Below are positions 21,702 through 34,655 of a stretch of 64,000 bases of DNA, one piece after another. Both the position numbers and the translations under genes were made by a program. The DNA lies in the NCBI GenBank assembly GCA_002269645.1, contig NIVC01002959.1, forward strand, positions 64,512-128,511. Direction: 5' to 3'. This DNA comes from Macrostomum lignano. Its lineage: Eukaryota. The notes below the pieces were generated by a model. That model worked only from the letters and a program-made list of their open reading frames with translations. It was not told where the DNA came from and searched no databases. Every line of letters starts with the position of its first letter. Position 1 is the stretch's first letter.

Positions 21702-22720
21702 TAGGTGAAGTTCGATCAACCGAGCGGCATCTCACAGCCCCAATTGGACAAACAAAGCCCCATCGCTACGCTAAATTTGAAAGCTTCCCAACGGAGCTGG
21801 TAGAATTTTCCTATTCACGGTCGGCCTCAAATTGAGCTGTCAAACATCATCAGGCAGCGGGAGGCGGAGCCGTCCCCCGCAGGATCGGGGAATCAGATTT
21901 TTGGCCCGTCAGCGGGCGGCACGCAGCATCCTTGATTAGCTTTTCGCCACGCGCCTCATCGTGCTGCGGGCGGACGTCACCCCGACCAGCTGTTGAGTTT
22001 CCGTCATGTTTGCCGGCTCCAGCTGCCTGCTTAGAGTCTGGGGGCTGGGGAGGGGGCGATGAGGTTCTATGAAATCCTGAGATTCCCCGCTAAATATAAA
22101 GGATTGTCTTACTGCCCTAAGATAGCTCCAGACTCCACGCTGTCCTGATGTTGACTGACAGGATCTGCGCTCTGGCTGCTTTGTTTGCCAGAACTTTGAT
22201 TTGCTTTTTTACATGGTGGGTGGGCGCGGAGGGTGGCGAATGAGAGTTAGAGGGTGAGAGTGACTGCCTGATAATATTTTCTATTCTCTTTCTACTATTA
22301 TTATTATATTTTATTGCAAAAGTTCGTGACTAAGTCTGTCCCTGGCTGTGACATTGTGGATGCTCTTCAGGGGGCTTCATGTTCTAGCAGGGTCTGTGTC
22401 TTTTCACAACTCTCTTCTTCTCTTCTCCTCTTCTCTTCTCCTCTAATCTTTTCTCTCATCTCCTCATCTCCTCTTTGCTCTTCTCTCTGCTCTATTCCTT
22501 CTACTTATGCTTCTAATTCGTAATACCTCTCTTATCTCTTGCATCTTATCTTATCTTATCTCATATCTTATTCTTGACGAGTAGTTACGTTGCATTCGTA
22601 TTGTACAAAAGTGGTGGGACAAACATTTTGGAATAGCCACCGCAATCTTTGTACAAGTCTTTGTTCACTTTCGTTATTCGAACATGCTCGGGATGTATAA
22701 AGCGTAGTTGAATCTATACG

Positions 22721-23033
22721 GGTCGTAGACTAGCGGTCTGGCGCGGCGCTTTGCTCCTAAGAGTATGTACCAGTGGCCCAGGCTCGATTCCAAGTGCAGT
22801 CACATTAATTTGAGGCTAAATTGGAATCTCGGCTTGGCTCTGCTCGTGCAATTAGTACCCTTGAGGGCCAACCCCCAAGGTACAGTGAAGAAGTGTACAT
22901 GCCTAACAATATAGTTAGGGCAGCTGTACACTCCTGTGGAAATATGTGCCTGCTCAGGGGAGTCGGCGGAATGGCCAGTAATGCCTCTCGCCAGTTGTGT
23001 GACAATGTCGCTTAAAGTGCACCAGGGTGCACA
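22721..23033 (+). mobile_element. tRNA-derived SINE, copy 1
   Basis: Head GGTCGTAGACTAGCGG...GGCTCGATTCC resembles Pol III A/B boxes; the body matches 53078-53410 in reverse complement. Confidence 0.75.
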
Positions 23034-23943
23034 TAGCGATCCTGAAATTTTGTATAGCTGTTCTCATGCCCTACGATAGTGAGCACTTCTCAAGGTGATT
23101 ATTCTGTCCCTTTCTGACACCTGCCGCGCAATCGCTGTCTCAGAAGCTGTCACTTGAGTTCACTCTTCAAATCAGACCTATAGAAAATCGAAGAGGTGAA
23201 AGTTAATTAATTAATTTCCACTATTTGGTTCTTGAACTCTGCTCAACTTTCGCACCTCTGCATGAAGCGACGTGCGCTCATGCGCAAAGCCGAGAAACGT
23301 GCCCGAAGAAAATCGAGCAAAAAACAGCCACCAGGAATGTTTGGGGGAAACTGGGACAGCGAAAGGAATTAAAAATTATCCCACATTCGCTCCTCTCACG
23401 ATGGTGTCTCCAGAGTTCTGAGTCCAGACTCTGGGGTGAAAACTTCCCCGCCCTTTGGCTGGTGTCCGGGAATTAGGGATGCGATTTCGTCTTTTCAACA
23501 ATATCTTTCACTTTGCAAGGCATTTGGGAGATGAATTCCAGTGTGTGTGTCTGTGTGTGTTGGGTTTTTTTGTTGCCCCTCTTTTGTAGCGACTAGTCGG
23601 AAGGCCCAGCCAAACTCCGGGCAATTTGGCCTCATCAGACACGACTTGGGACGCGTTCGAAGTGAGAATCCTCAATGCAATTCGGCCTTCGCTACATGTG
23701 GCGGAGTTTTGAGCTGCTGCTACTCCTGCTGCGTGTTTTGCTGGGCTTCGACAGCAAAGTTATGGCTATTAAATTTCCTTAATTAAAAATTTCGTAATAA
23801 GATACAGCGGGGAAAGTGTGGCTCCGGCCAGGCCAGGAAGTGCAACATTGGGCCCGAGGCTTAAACCAGCTGGAAATTGAGACACTTTTTTGTGGCAGGC
23901 GCTTTGCCTATTCAGTATTGTCGAATTACATTTGGCCTGTCTT

Positions 23944-24390
23944 GGTGTCTGTCTCAGTGTTTGTCTCAATGTCTGTCTTAGTGTCTGTCTCAGTGTCTGT
24001 CTCAGTGTCTGTCTCAGTGTTTCTGTCTCAGTGTCTCTGTCTCAGTGTCTCAGTGTCTGTATCAGTGTCTGTCTCAGTGTCTGTCTCAGTGTCTGTCTCA
24101 GTGTCTGTCTCAGTGTCTGTCTCAGTGTCTGTCTCAGTGTCTGTCTCAGTGTCTGTCTCAGTGTCTGTCCCAGTGTCTGTCTCAGTGTCTGTCTCAGTGT
24201 CTGTCTCAGTGTCTGTCTCAGTGTCTGTCTTAGTGTCTGTCTTAGTGTCTGTCTCAGTGTCTGTCTCAGTGTCTGTCTCAGTGTCTGTCTCAGTGTCTGT
24301 CTCAGTGTCTGTCTCAGTGTCTGTCTCAGTGTCTGTCTCAGTGTCTGTCTCAGTGTCTGTCTCAGTGTCTGTCTCAGTGTCTGTCTCAGT
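23944..24390. repeat. 12-bp minisatellite AGTGTCTGTCTC
   Basis: Reverse complement of the 46403-47264 array unit. Confidence 0.97.
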
Positions 24391-26117
24391 TCATCTCAGC
24401 GAAGCGTGCCCAAGTTATGCTACGAGAGCCCATGCAGTTCGTGTCCAGCAGGCAGCCGCTCAGGATCGCCTGTCGAGCCCCAAAAACTCCCCAGCCCACG
24501 CCAATATCCCTCCAAATCCTCTAAAAAGATGAATTCCCACCCTGCTTGAGTCGGTGCGGGCAGCTCAGGCAGACAGAATAGATTGGGGGACTTTTTCCCT
24601 CCTATCCCCATGTGCTCTCCTCGTCTCCCCTGCAGTTTCTCTGCCAGTCCGTTGGGGGCGCGAAGTCGCGGAGACACCAGAAGATTCTCCGGATCCACAG
24701 TAGGGGATCTTATTCCCTCTCTCTCTCTCTTTCTCATTTTCTCCGCCGGCGTTCCGCCGACAGGCCGAGTCCCAAGTCCGTCTGATTGATTTGGGAATTA
24801 GGACCTCGGAGTTTCATCAGAGCTCGCGGTCCGTCGGCCCCTTGGAGTCGGGACGCGTGCTCGGTGTGGGAGTGTGGGATAAATCCCGTTAGAAAACTTC
24901 TCTCTCTCTCAGCCTGCTCATTTTTCTTCTGCTTCTACAGCCAAATGAATGAAGGCGGCGAGCCGAGAGCCGTCCCCCCTCTCAAATGAGCTTATTAAAC
25001 AGTAGCGCCAGACTCGCACAAGTCCGAGGTGTTGAGGCTCGGAAGGATGAGTCGAATTTTCAGTGCCAAGGCGCGGACCGCTTGATTGGTCTTCAGTCTT
25101 CATCAGTCTTCATCAGTCAGTCAGTCAGTCAGCCATGCTCTGTAGTGTTTTTTTGTCTCCTGGATTTTCACACCAACTCAAAGCAGTAAAAATGGCTATA
25201 GCTGGTATAGTAAAGTCGCTACTAATTCCCTGATGAGTTAGTTTATTTTCTAAAGCCTGTACTGCCCCCTGGAAGACGCTGTCCAGTGAGCGGCCGCGTG
25301 TTGTCTTTCGGGGGAACTGGAATTTGCATTTAATTTCGGCTACAGTTTGTTTTAATTAAACCCGTTGATCACTTTGTAGTGCGAGAAGGGTTGGGGAAGG
25401 AGTTTTAGGATGGCCAATGACAGTCGTTCTCTTACCTGCCCTCTGACACTGTCGCAGCTCAGAGCAACCGCATGGTTGCCAGTCTCTTTAAGTCTTCTTT
25501 CTTTTTTAATCTTCTTCTTCCAGGAGCCAGCAGCCAAGAAGCAAGCGGCAGGACACGCGTTGCGAAGCCCGGCCTAGAGACCGACGAGAGTTGCCAACAT
25601 CAAGACGGGAGCGCGGCGTCTCTTTATATCCGTTCGCCTCCCGGAATCTCCTCGCCGCTCATCTCCTCCTCCTCCTCCACCCCCCCCTCGCTTCCCAGCC
25701 GGCAGTCTCAGCCGGAGAGTCACTATTCAATTATGGCCCGTTCATTTATATGTTAAACACTGCTTGATGGAGTTATGGAGATGCACGCCCAGCCAGCGGC
25801 CGCAACCCCGAACGCTCTTAGACCGGCCCCAGATCGCGGGTAGCCAGGGATTATCAAAATTTGCATAAACTTTGCATATCAACAGCTTTCTGGGACTGGA
25901 GCGAAGGGTCGGCCCAGACGCCTGGGCTCCTTTTGGTGCAGTGTCCAATCCTCTGTGGTCTTTCGCGGGGGGCGCCAAGGACTCTTTTCCGTACGATGGT
26001 GAAGCATGCTACGTCGGTTGAAGCTGACGGTCTGACAGGGGATCGTTTTTAGCTGACTGCTTGCTGCTGGTGTACAGAAGTGGTGGTCACAGTCTGCGTC
26101 GCAACAAGGTCAAAAAT

Positions 26118-26775
26118 TGCGTGCCACTATCCGGGTGTCAATAATGTCGTGCCACTTTTCGGGTGTCATTAATGTCGTGCCACTTTTCGGTTGTCATTAA
26201 TGTCGTGCCACTTTTCGAGCGTCATTAATGTCGTGCCACTTTTCGGTTGTCATTAATGTCGTGCCACTTTTCGAGCGTCATTAATGTCGTGCCACTTTTC
26301 GAGCGTCATTAATGTCGTGCCACTTTTCGGGTGTCATTAATGTCGTGCCACTTTTCGAGCGTCATTAATGTCGTGCCACTTTTCGAGCGTCATTAATGTC
26401 GTGCCACTTTTCGAGCGTCATTAATGTCGTGCCACTTTTCGGGTGTCATTAATGTCGTGCCACTTTTCGAGCGTCATTAATGTCGTGCCACTTTTCGAGC
26501 GTCATTAATGTCGTGCCACTTTTCGAGCGTCATTAATGTCGTGCCACTTCTCGAGCGTCATTAATGTCGTGCCACTTTTCGGTTGTCATTAATGTCGTGC
26601 CACTTTTCGGTTGTCAATAATGGCGAGCCACTTTTCAGTTGTCAATAATGGCATGCCACTTTTCGGGTGTCAATAATGGCATGCCACTTTTCGGGTGTCA
26701 ATAATGGCGTGCCACTTTTCGGGTGTCAATAATGGCGTGCCACTTTTCGGGTGTCAATGATGGCGTGCCACTTTC
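26118..26775. repeat. 28-bp minisatellite GTCATTAATGTCGTGCCACTTTTCG(AGC/GGT)
   Basis: About 23 tandem copies. Confidence 0.96.
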
Positions 26776-27218
26776 CAGATTTCGAGTTGGGCTACACAGA
26801 TGTCACGAAGAAGATTCCATTATGAGATTTTTACCCCTACAGTGCACGAATGCCTGAGGTCTTGTCTGATCCTCAGCTGATTGTCTCGGGCAAACACCGG
26901 ACCCTTGTCATGCTTTGAATGACTTCAACATTTTCAAAAGGCGCGGTTCTCTTTCCGTACAAAGATTTCTTATCAAATTTGACTGGTGGATCTGCTTCCT
27001 GCCCGCTCCAGTCCCCGTAATCCGCTCTTGCCTTTCCTGTTCCGCTAATCCCTAATCTCCCAGGAGGATCCGGAGTCTCTTCCCCAATTATTAATGCTCT
27101 ATCACGTTCCGCTCCACTGTTGAGCCGCCGCTGCTTCCTCTTGAGTTGACTTTCTGAGAAAGCTGAAGTTGGGATTTGAAATGAGAGTTGAGTGAATAAG
27201 CTTTTCTGCAGTAATTCT

Positions 27219-27672
27219 TCACCTGTGTCAGCTATCTACCTGTGTCAGTTATCCACCTGTGTCAGTAATCCACCTGTGTCAGTTATCCACCTGTGTCAGT
27301 TATCCGCCTGTGTCAGTTATCCACCTGTGTCAGTTATCCGCCTGTGTCAGTTATCCACCTGTGTCAGTTATCCACCTGTGTCAGTTATCCACCTGTGTCA
27401 GTTATCCGCCTGTGTCAGTTATCCACCTGTGTCAGTTATCCACCTGTGTCAGTTATCCGCCTGTGTCAGTTATCCGCCTGTGTCAGTTATCCACCTGTGT
27501 CAGTTATCCGCCTGTGTCAGTTATCCACCTGTGTCAGTTATCCGCCTGTGTCAGTTATCCACCTGTGTCAGTTATCCGCCTGTGTCAGTTATCCACCTGT
27601 GTCAGTTATCCACCTGTGTCAGTTATCCGCCTGTGTCAGTTATCCGCCTGTGTCAGTTATCCGCCTGTGTCA
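27219..27672. repeat. 17-bp minisatellite C(A/G)CCTGTGTCAGTTATC
   Basis: About 26 tandem copies. Confidence 0.96.
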
Positions 27673-27674
27673 GA

Positions 27675-28045
27675 TTACAACACCCTTGAGTCAGATTCCA
27701 CCACCCCTGAGTCAGATTCCAACACCCCTGAGTCAGATTCCATTACCCCTGAGTCAGATTCCAACACCCCTGAGTCAGATTCCAACACCCCTGAGTCAGA
27801 TTCCAACACCCCTGAGTCAGATTCCAATACCCCTGAGTCAAATTCCAACACCCCTGAGTCAAATTCCAATACCCCTGAGTCAAATTCCAACACCCCTGAG
27901 TCAAATTCCAACACCCCTGAGTCAAATTCCAATACCCCTGAGTCAGATTCGAACACCCCTAAGTCAGATTCCAACACCCCTGAGTCAAATTCCAACACCC
28001 CTGAGTCAGATGCCACCACCCCCAAGTCAGATTCCAATAACTCAG
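27675..28045. repeat. 21-bp minisatellite AACACCCCTGAGTCAGATTCC
   Basis: About 17 copies, abutting the 17-mer array. Confidence 0.95.
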
Positions 28046-28678
28046 ATGAGTCACACTGCCCCCTCAATAGCGCTGAGCAATGTCCGGCCTAACAACTTCA
28101 CATCCGAGGAAATCAATAACTTGGCAGCTGAGAATTCGAATCGAAGCAATTTGCAGGCCTCTGTGTTGCTCCTACAAGACTTAGCTAGCAGAGTCAACAG
28201 GGCATAGTCAAACAAACTCAAGAGACTGGGGAGATCAATGCTGCTAGAGGAGTCCCTGTGAGCATGCAGCTCCCGTTAGTCTGTATGCAAATAGTCCAGC
28301 TCATCATATAGCCGTGAAGATTTGCCGTCATGCAAAGAACTTTCCCGACGGCCACCCACCAGAAGCGGCAGACAAGACAGGCTGACACGCAATGCGCCAC
28401 TCGCCTGCTGGAGCCACTCTGCTCTGCAGCAGAGGAGGACTTTCGCAGACCCCTCACTGTCCGCTCTGCTCTCCTTTCTCTCTCATTATTATTCTAATGC
28501 CTCTTCCATATTCATGACGGCCCAGGGAATATTGGTGAATATTCAAAAGCCTTCAGCTGCTGGCGCCCCTCCTGATGCGCTCAGCTCAGCTCTCAGTGCG
28601 AGCGTGTGTCTGTGTGTGTGTGTCCTTCGCTCATTTCAAATTCATATGAGGCTCCGCAGTCCGAGGCGCCACCTACCG

Positions 28679-28803
28679 TATATAAATAAAGCCAGCGAGC
28701 TCAACGAGCGTCCAGTCTCTGCAGTGGCTCGGTGGAAGCGGGTGAGCTTCTCGAGTCAAAGGAGTCCTGACCATGCCAAGGCTGCAACCGCATCAAGGTG
28801 AGT
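28679..28803 (+). promoter_or_regulatory. Candidate TATA box, short first exon and splice donor
   Basis: TATATAAATA at 28679; ACCATG at 28770-28775; donor AAG|GTGAGT at 28798. No downstream exon was identified. Confidence 0.3.
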
Positions 28804-29809
28804 TCCTACCTGTGCATCTTCATCATGCTTCTTCTTCTGCTTTTTTGTTTCGCTTTGCTGCGTAGTTTGCTTTTGCAGTTTGTTTTGTTAAAATAGAATC
28901 CAGGTCACCCGGGGGCTCAGCTCTATTGGCATTTTCACTTTTGCAGCCCTTATGCAGCGAAAAGGTACTAGAAAAAAGCGTGCTTTGATTTATTGATAGC
29001 CAGCCAGACCGCACGAAATTAACAAACGAAAACTGAAAGCTCTCCGGTGCACTAAAGATTATTAATGTGTTTAGGCAATCAAGTCCTTGGTGTCTGCCTT
29101 GTGGCAGCATTGTAAAATGCTAATCGGGTTTTGCAACGGACTCGAACTTCGATATCAGGCTTGGTGGGGTAGATTCGAGAGCTTGAGTAAGAGGGGACCG
29201 ACTGTCTTCAAATCAGACCAGTGATAGTTAAAGAAATCCCAGGTTAATACCTGTCTGAGGGCCGAACCCCCCCCTCCCCTAGCAACCGGGCATCATTAAA
29301 CTATTCGGTGCAGCTAAGTCTCTCTCAAACCTTAATCTCCCTTCAAGTTGTCGACTCGAAGCTCTTGGCTGACTTCTCATCAGCTCCAAGCCCCTCCCCC
29401 CCGGCAACCATCAGACTCTTTTCATATGCATTGTTGAACTCAAGGCCAGCTAAGTAAGGATACGGATGAAGGCCCGGAGGCTGGGAACTATCTTCGGCAT
29501 CGATCTGAGTCGATCTTTGATGAGCAGCTTGCTGCTCCTGCCGCGGAGGAGGGGGGTTGGGGAGCGGGGTGGCTCTGCTGACTGCCTCCCTGATGACTAG
29601 CCAATTTTTGACGAGTTCCAAACCCCCCCCCGCTGCAACTGCCAGCCATCCAGATAGATTGCTCCGAGAGCTTCAGATCCTGCCTGAGTCCCATTCGGTT
29701 CACTGACTGCTCATCTGCCCCCTGCCCCTCTGCTCATTCTGTGTGGGCCTCGATTCTGCTTAATACCTGCCTTGAATCTCACTTTGCCATTCTCTCTCTT
29801 GTCTACTCT

Positions 29810-30737
29810 TCAGTCTCTGTCTACTTCTCAGTCCCTGTCTACTTCTCAGTTCCTGTCTACTTCTCAGTTCCTGTCTACTTCTCAGTTCCTGTCTACTTCT
29901 CAGTTCCTGTCTACTTCTCAGTTCCTGTCTACTTCTCAGTCCCTGTCTACTTCTCAGTCTCTGTCTACTTCTCAGCCCCTGTCTACTTCTCAGTTCCTGT
30001 CTACTTCTCAGTTCCTGTCTACTTTTCAGTCCTTGTCTACTTCTCAGTTCCTGTCTACTTCTCAGTTCCTGTCTACTTCTCAGTCCCTGTCTACTTCTCA
30101 GTCCCTGTCTACTTCTCAGTCCCTGTCTACTTCTCAGTTCCTGTCTACTTCTCAGTCCCTGTCTACTTCTCAGTTCCTGTCTACTTTTCAGCCCCTGTCT
30201 ACTTCTCAGTCCCTGTCTACTTCTCAGTCCCTTTCCACTTCTCAGCCTCTGACTAATTCTCTGTTCCTGTCTACTTTTCTGTTCCTGTCTACTTCTCAGT
30301 CCCTGTCTACTTCTCAGTCCCTGTCCACATTTTTGTCTCAGTCCCTGCCTACTTCTCAGTCCCTGTCTACTTCTCAGTTCCTGTCTACTTCTCAGTCCCT
30401 GTCTACTTCCCAGTCCCTGTCTACTTCTCAGTTCCAGTCTACTTTTCAGTCCTTGTCTACTTCTCAGTCCCTGTCTACTTCTCAGTTCCTGTCTACTTTT
30501 CAGTTCCTGTCTACTTCTCAGTCCCTGTCAACTTCTCAGTCCCTGTCTACTTCTCAGTTCCTGTCTACTTCTCAGTTCCTGTCTACTTCTCAGTCCCTGT
30601 CTACTTCTCAGTTCCTGTCTACTTCTCAGTCCCTGTCTACTTCTCAGTTCCTGTCTACTTCTCAGTTCCTGTCTACTTCTCAGTTCCTGTCTACTTCTCA
30701 GTCCCTGTCCACATTTTTGTCTCAGTTCCTGTCTACC
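29810..30737. repeat. 18-bp minisatellite TTCTCAGT(C/T)CCTGTCTAC
   Basis: About 50 tandem copies. Confidence 0.96.
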
Positions 30738-31339
30738 TCTCCATTTGGCTGTCTATCCAGTCTACCTCTCTTATATTTCTGTGTACCGCAGTCTACTTCT
30801 CTTCTAATCAAGTACAAAAAATGTGTCAAGTTTTTTATAATTTTTAAAGTAATTTTAAGAGCAAAAATCACTCTAGGGTACTTGCTTTCACTAAGAGTAG
30901 CATCTAAAGCATATAACATCCTCAAAATGTAGGCTTGAATCCGTTTAAAAAGGGAACATGCTTAATCTCGGTTTTTTATATCCTGTCTTTTGCATTCATA
31001 ATTCTCTACTGAAATAAGTAGTGCAGTGCACATTTTCAATAAAATTATACTAAAATCAGCAAATAAGAGTACCGAATGACGAAATAGAAAAAGCACTTTT
31101 TCCTTGCATGGATGTTTTTCAAACTATTATTGAGCTTGCATGGCATCAAAGGCAACAAATAAGTAAAAAATATAATTTTGGTTCTTCTATCAGAGCGTGG
31201 GAAAGCCTTCGATACAGTATGCTATCAGCTGCGTGCGAGCTATGGGCTGGTTGGTAATAAGTATGTAATCACTTGCGCAATGTTTTCTCATCTCGGAAAA
31301 TATTTAAGTATTTATTTATGAATCAAAATTCATTTCTTG

Positions 31340-32232
31340 GAATCCCCATCGGAGAATCGCCCCTCTAAGAATCGCCCCTCTAAGAATCGCCCCTCTAAGA
31401 ATCGCCCCTTTAAGAATTGCCCCTCTAAAAATCGCCCCTCTGAGAATCGCCCTCTAAGAATCGCCCCTCTAAGTATCGCCCCTTTAAATATCGCCCGACT
31501 AAGAATCACCCCTCTAAGAATCGCCCCTCTAAGAATCACCCTCTAAGAATCGCCCCTCTAAGAATCTCTCTTCAACGAAACACCACTCTAGGAATCGCCC
31601 CTCTGAGAATCGCCTCTTTAAATATCGCCCTCTAAGAATCACCCTCTAAGAATCGCCCCTCTAAGAATCACCCCTCTAAGAATCGCCCCTCTAAGGCCAT
31701 TAAATATCGCCCTCTAAGAATCGCCCCTCTGAGAGTCGCTCCTCTAAGAATCGCCCCTTTAAATATTGCCCTTTAAGAATCTCCCCTCTAAGAATCGCCC
31801 CCTAAGAATCACCCTCTAAGAATCGCCCCTCTAAGAATCTCTCTTCAACGAAACACCACTCTAGGAATCGCCCCTCTGAGAATCGCCTCTTTAAATATCG
31901 CCCTCTAAGAATCACCCTCTAAGAATCGCCCCTCTAAGAATCACCCCTCTAAGAATCGCCCCTCTAAGGCCATTAAATATCGCCCTCTAAGAATCGCCCC
32001 TTTAAATATTGCCCTTTAAGAATCTCCCCTCTAAGAATCGCCCCCTAAGAATCACCCCTCTAAGAATCGCCCCCTAAGAATCACCCCTCTAAGAATCGCA
32101 CCCCTAAGAATCGCCCCTCTAAGAATCGCACCCCTAAGAATCGCCGTCTAAGAATCGCCCCTCTGAGAATGGCCCTCTAAGAATCGCCTCTAAGAATCTC
32201 CCTTCAACGAAACACCTCTAAGAATCGCCCGT
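31340..32232 (+). repeat. 14-16-bp minisatellite CGCCCCTCTAAGAAT, array 1
   Basis: Includes a ~275-bp higher-order duplication (marker CTTCAACGAAACACCACT at about 31570 and 31843). Confidence 0.95.
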
Positions 32233-32649
32233 CTTACTTTGACTCTACATCAAAATCATGTTTCAACATTGAAATTGAACTATTTCTTCACAAGACTTGT
32301 AAGCATAATCTAAACAAGATTTAAAAGTACATTTGCTACAGCCACTTGCTCAGTATGTAATTGCTAATCTCCAATTTTGTACTACACTGCATTTCTCTGC
32401 AACCTTCGCTAAGCACAAAAGCGTGGGAACTGCTGTATGGAAATGCCTGCACTGACTTGTGGAAATGGCTGACAACTGGGTCTCTGTGTGCTGCAGATTC
32501 TGTGCAGCTGTTTGCAAATCAGTTGCGATCTGCTTTTAGGAAATGCAGGCCAACTCTGCAGGGTGCCAGTTTCGAGTTGCCTCGTGTTCGCATCTATGAA
32601 CTTTTGTGTTCGGACTGGCTTCCATTCAGGTTGCGCTTTCGTCAGGGAG

Positions 32650-33490
32650 AATCTTAGAGGGGCGATTTTTAGAGGGTGATTCTTAGAGGGTGTTTCTTAG
32701 AGGGGTGATTCTTAGAGAGGTGATTCTTAGGGGGGCGATTCTTAGAGGGCGATTCTTAGGGGGCGATTCTTAGAGGGGCGATTCTTAGAGGGGCGATTCT
32801 TAGACGGCGATTCTTAGGGGTGCGATTCTTAGAGGGCGATTCTAAGGGGGCGATTCTTAGAGGGGCGATTCTTAAAGGGCGATTCTTAGAGGGGCGATTC
32901 TTAGACGGCGATTCTTAGGGGTGCGATTTTTAGAGGGCGATTCTTAGGGGGCGATTCTTAGAGGGGCGATTCTTAAAGGACGATTCTTAGAGGGGCGATT
33001 CTCAGAGGGGCGATTCTTAGACGGCGATTCTTAGGGGGCGATTCTTAGAGGGGCGATTCTTAGAGGGCGATTCTTAGAGGGCGATTCTTAGAGGGCGATT
33101 CTTAGGGGGCGATTCTTAGAGGGGCGATTCTTAGAGGGCGATTCTTAGGGGGCGATTCTTAGAGGGCGATTCTTAGAGGGCGATTCTTAGAGGGCGATTC
33201 TTAGAGGGGCGATTCTTGGAAGGGCGATTCTTAGACGGCGATTCTTAAAGGTGCGATTCTCAGAGGGGCGATTATTGGGAGGGACAATTCTTAGAGGGGC
33301 GATTCTTAGAGGGGAGAATCTTAGAGGAGAGATTCTTAGAGGGGAGATTCTTAGAGGGGAGATTCTTAAAGGGGAGATTCTTAGAGGAGCGATTCTGAGA
33401 GGGGCGATTCTGAGAGGGGCGATTCTTACAAAGGCGATTCTTAGAGAGTCAATTCTTAGAAAAATGATTCTTAGAGGGGCGATTCTCAGT
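32650..33490 (-). repeat. Same minisatellite inverted (ATTCTTAGAGGGGCG), array 2
   Basis: Reverse complement of array 1. Confidence 0.95.
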
Positions 33491-33809
33491 TAGAAAACTG
33501 TAATTTTAAAGGAATGCTGCATCAGAATTAATGCAGTATCGCAAATTTTTCGCTTCTCCAGTCTTGCAAAAAACTTGTTTAGCTTATCACAGGAAGTAAA
33601 ATGATGAAGTGCAAGCCCCCTAATCACCCAAACAGAGACACATTTATCCAAGAGCTGTTGTTGCCATTTCAGATGAAAATATTTACAACCTGTGTTTCCC
33701 ATATGGGAAATCAACTGCAATCAAAACAGCTATAATGAGGCCAGGGAGTGCTATGGATGGCTGGATTGGGGCCATTGAAATTTTCACCACTGAAAAGTTT
33801 TGAAGCTTA

Positions 33810-34655
33810 AACCCCTCTGAGAATCGCCCTATTGTTAATCGCCTTTCTAAGGAACGTCCTCTTTCTAAGAATCGCCCTCTAAGAATCGCCCCTCTAAGAA
33901 TCGCCCCTCTCAGAATCGCCCCTCTAAGAATCGCCCCTCCAAGAATCGTCCCTCTCAGAACCGCCCCTCTAAGAATCGCCCTCTAAGAATCGCCCCTCCA
34001 AGAATCGCCCCTCTAAGAATCTCCCCTCTAAGAATCTCCCTTCTAAGAATCTCCCCTCTAAGAATCGCCCTCTCAGAACTGCCCCTCTAAGAATCTCCCC
34101 TCTAAGAATCTCCCCTCTAAGAATCTCCCCTCTAAGAATCTCCCCTCTAAGAATCTCCCTTCTAAGAATCTCCCCTCTAAGAATCGCCCTCTAAGAATCG
34201 CCCCTCCAAGAATCGCCCCTCTAAGAATCTCCCCTCTAAGAATCTCCCTTCTAAGAATCTCCCCTCTAAGAATCGCCCTCTCAGAACCGCCCCTCTAAGA
34301 ATCTCCCCTCTAAGAATCTCCCTTCTAAGAATCTCCCCTCTAAGAATCGCCCTCTAAGAATTGCCCCCTAAGAATCGCCCCTCTAAGAATCTCCCCTCTA
34401 AGAATCTTCCCTCCAAGAATCGCCCCTCTAAGAATCTCCCTCTGAGAATCGCCCTCTAAGAATCTCCCCACTAAGAATCGCCCCTCTAAGAATCGCCCCT
34501 CTGAGAATTACCTTTCTAAGAATCGCCCTCTCAGAATCGCTCCTTTAATAATCACCCCTTTGAGAATCGTCCCTCTAAGAATCGTATTTCTAAGAATCGT
34601 CCCTCTAAGAATTATATTTCTAAGAATCGCCCCTCTAAGAATCACCCCCTCTCAG
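33810..34655 (+). repeat. Same minisatellite, array 3
   Basis: CGCCCCTCTAAGAAT / CTCCCCTCTAAGAAT units. Confidence 0.95.

Noticed and set aside
22721-22800. tRNA gene (also 53340-53410)
   Set aside because: No complete cloverleaf or acceptor stem; the head continues into a shared repeat body, so it is a SINE.
28773-28797. Coding first exon of the ACK-related gene
   Set aside because: 25 coding nt (phase 1) are incompatible with the phase-0 acceptor at 40866.
27192-30932. Long repetitive ORFs (SYPPVSV..., SDSNTPE..., STSQSL...)
   Set aside because: Stop-free frames of minisatellites; no non-repetitive flanking domains or splice support.
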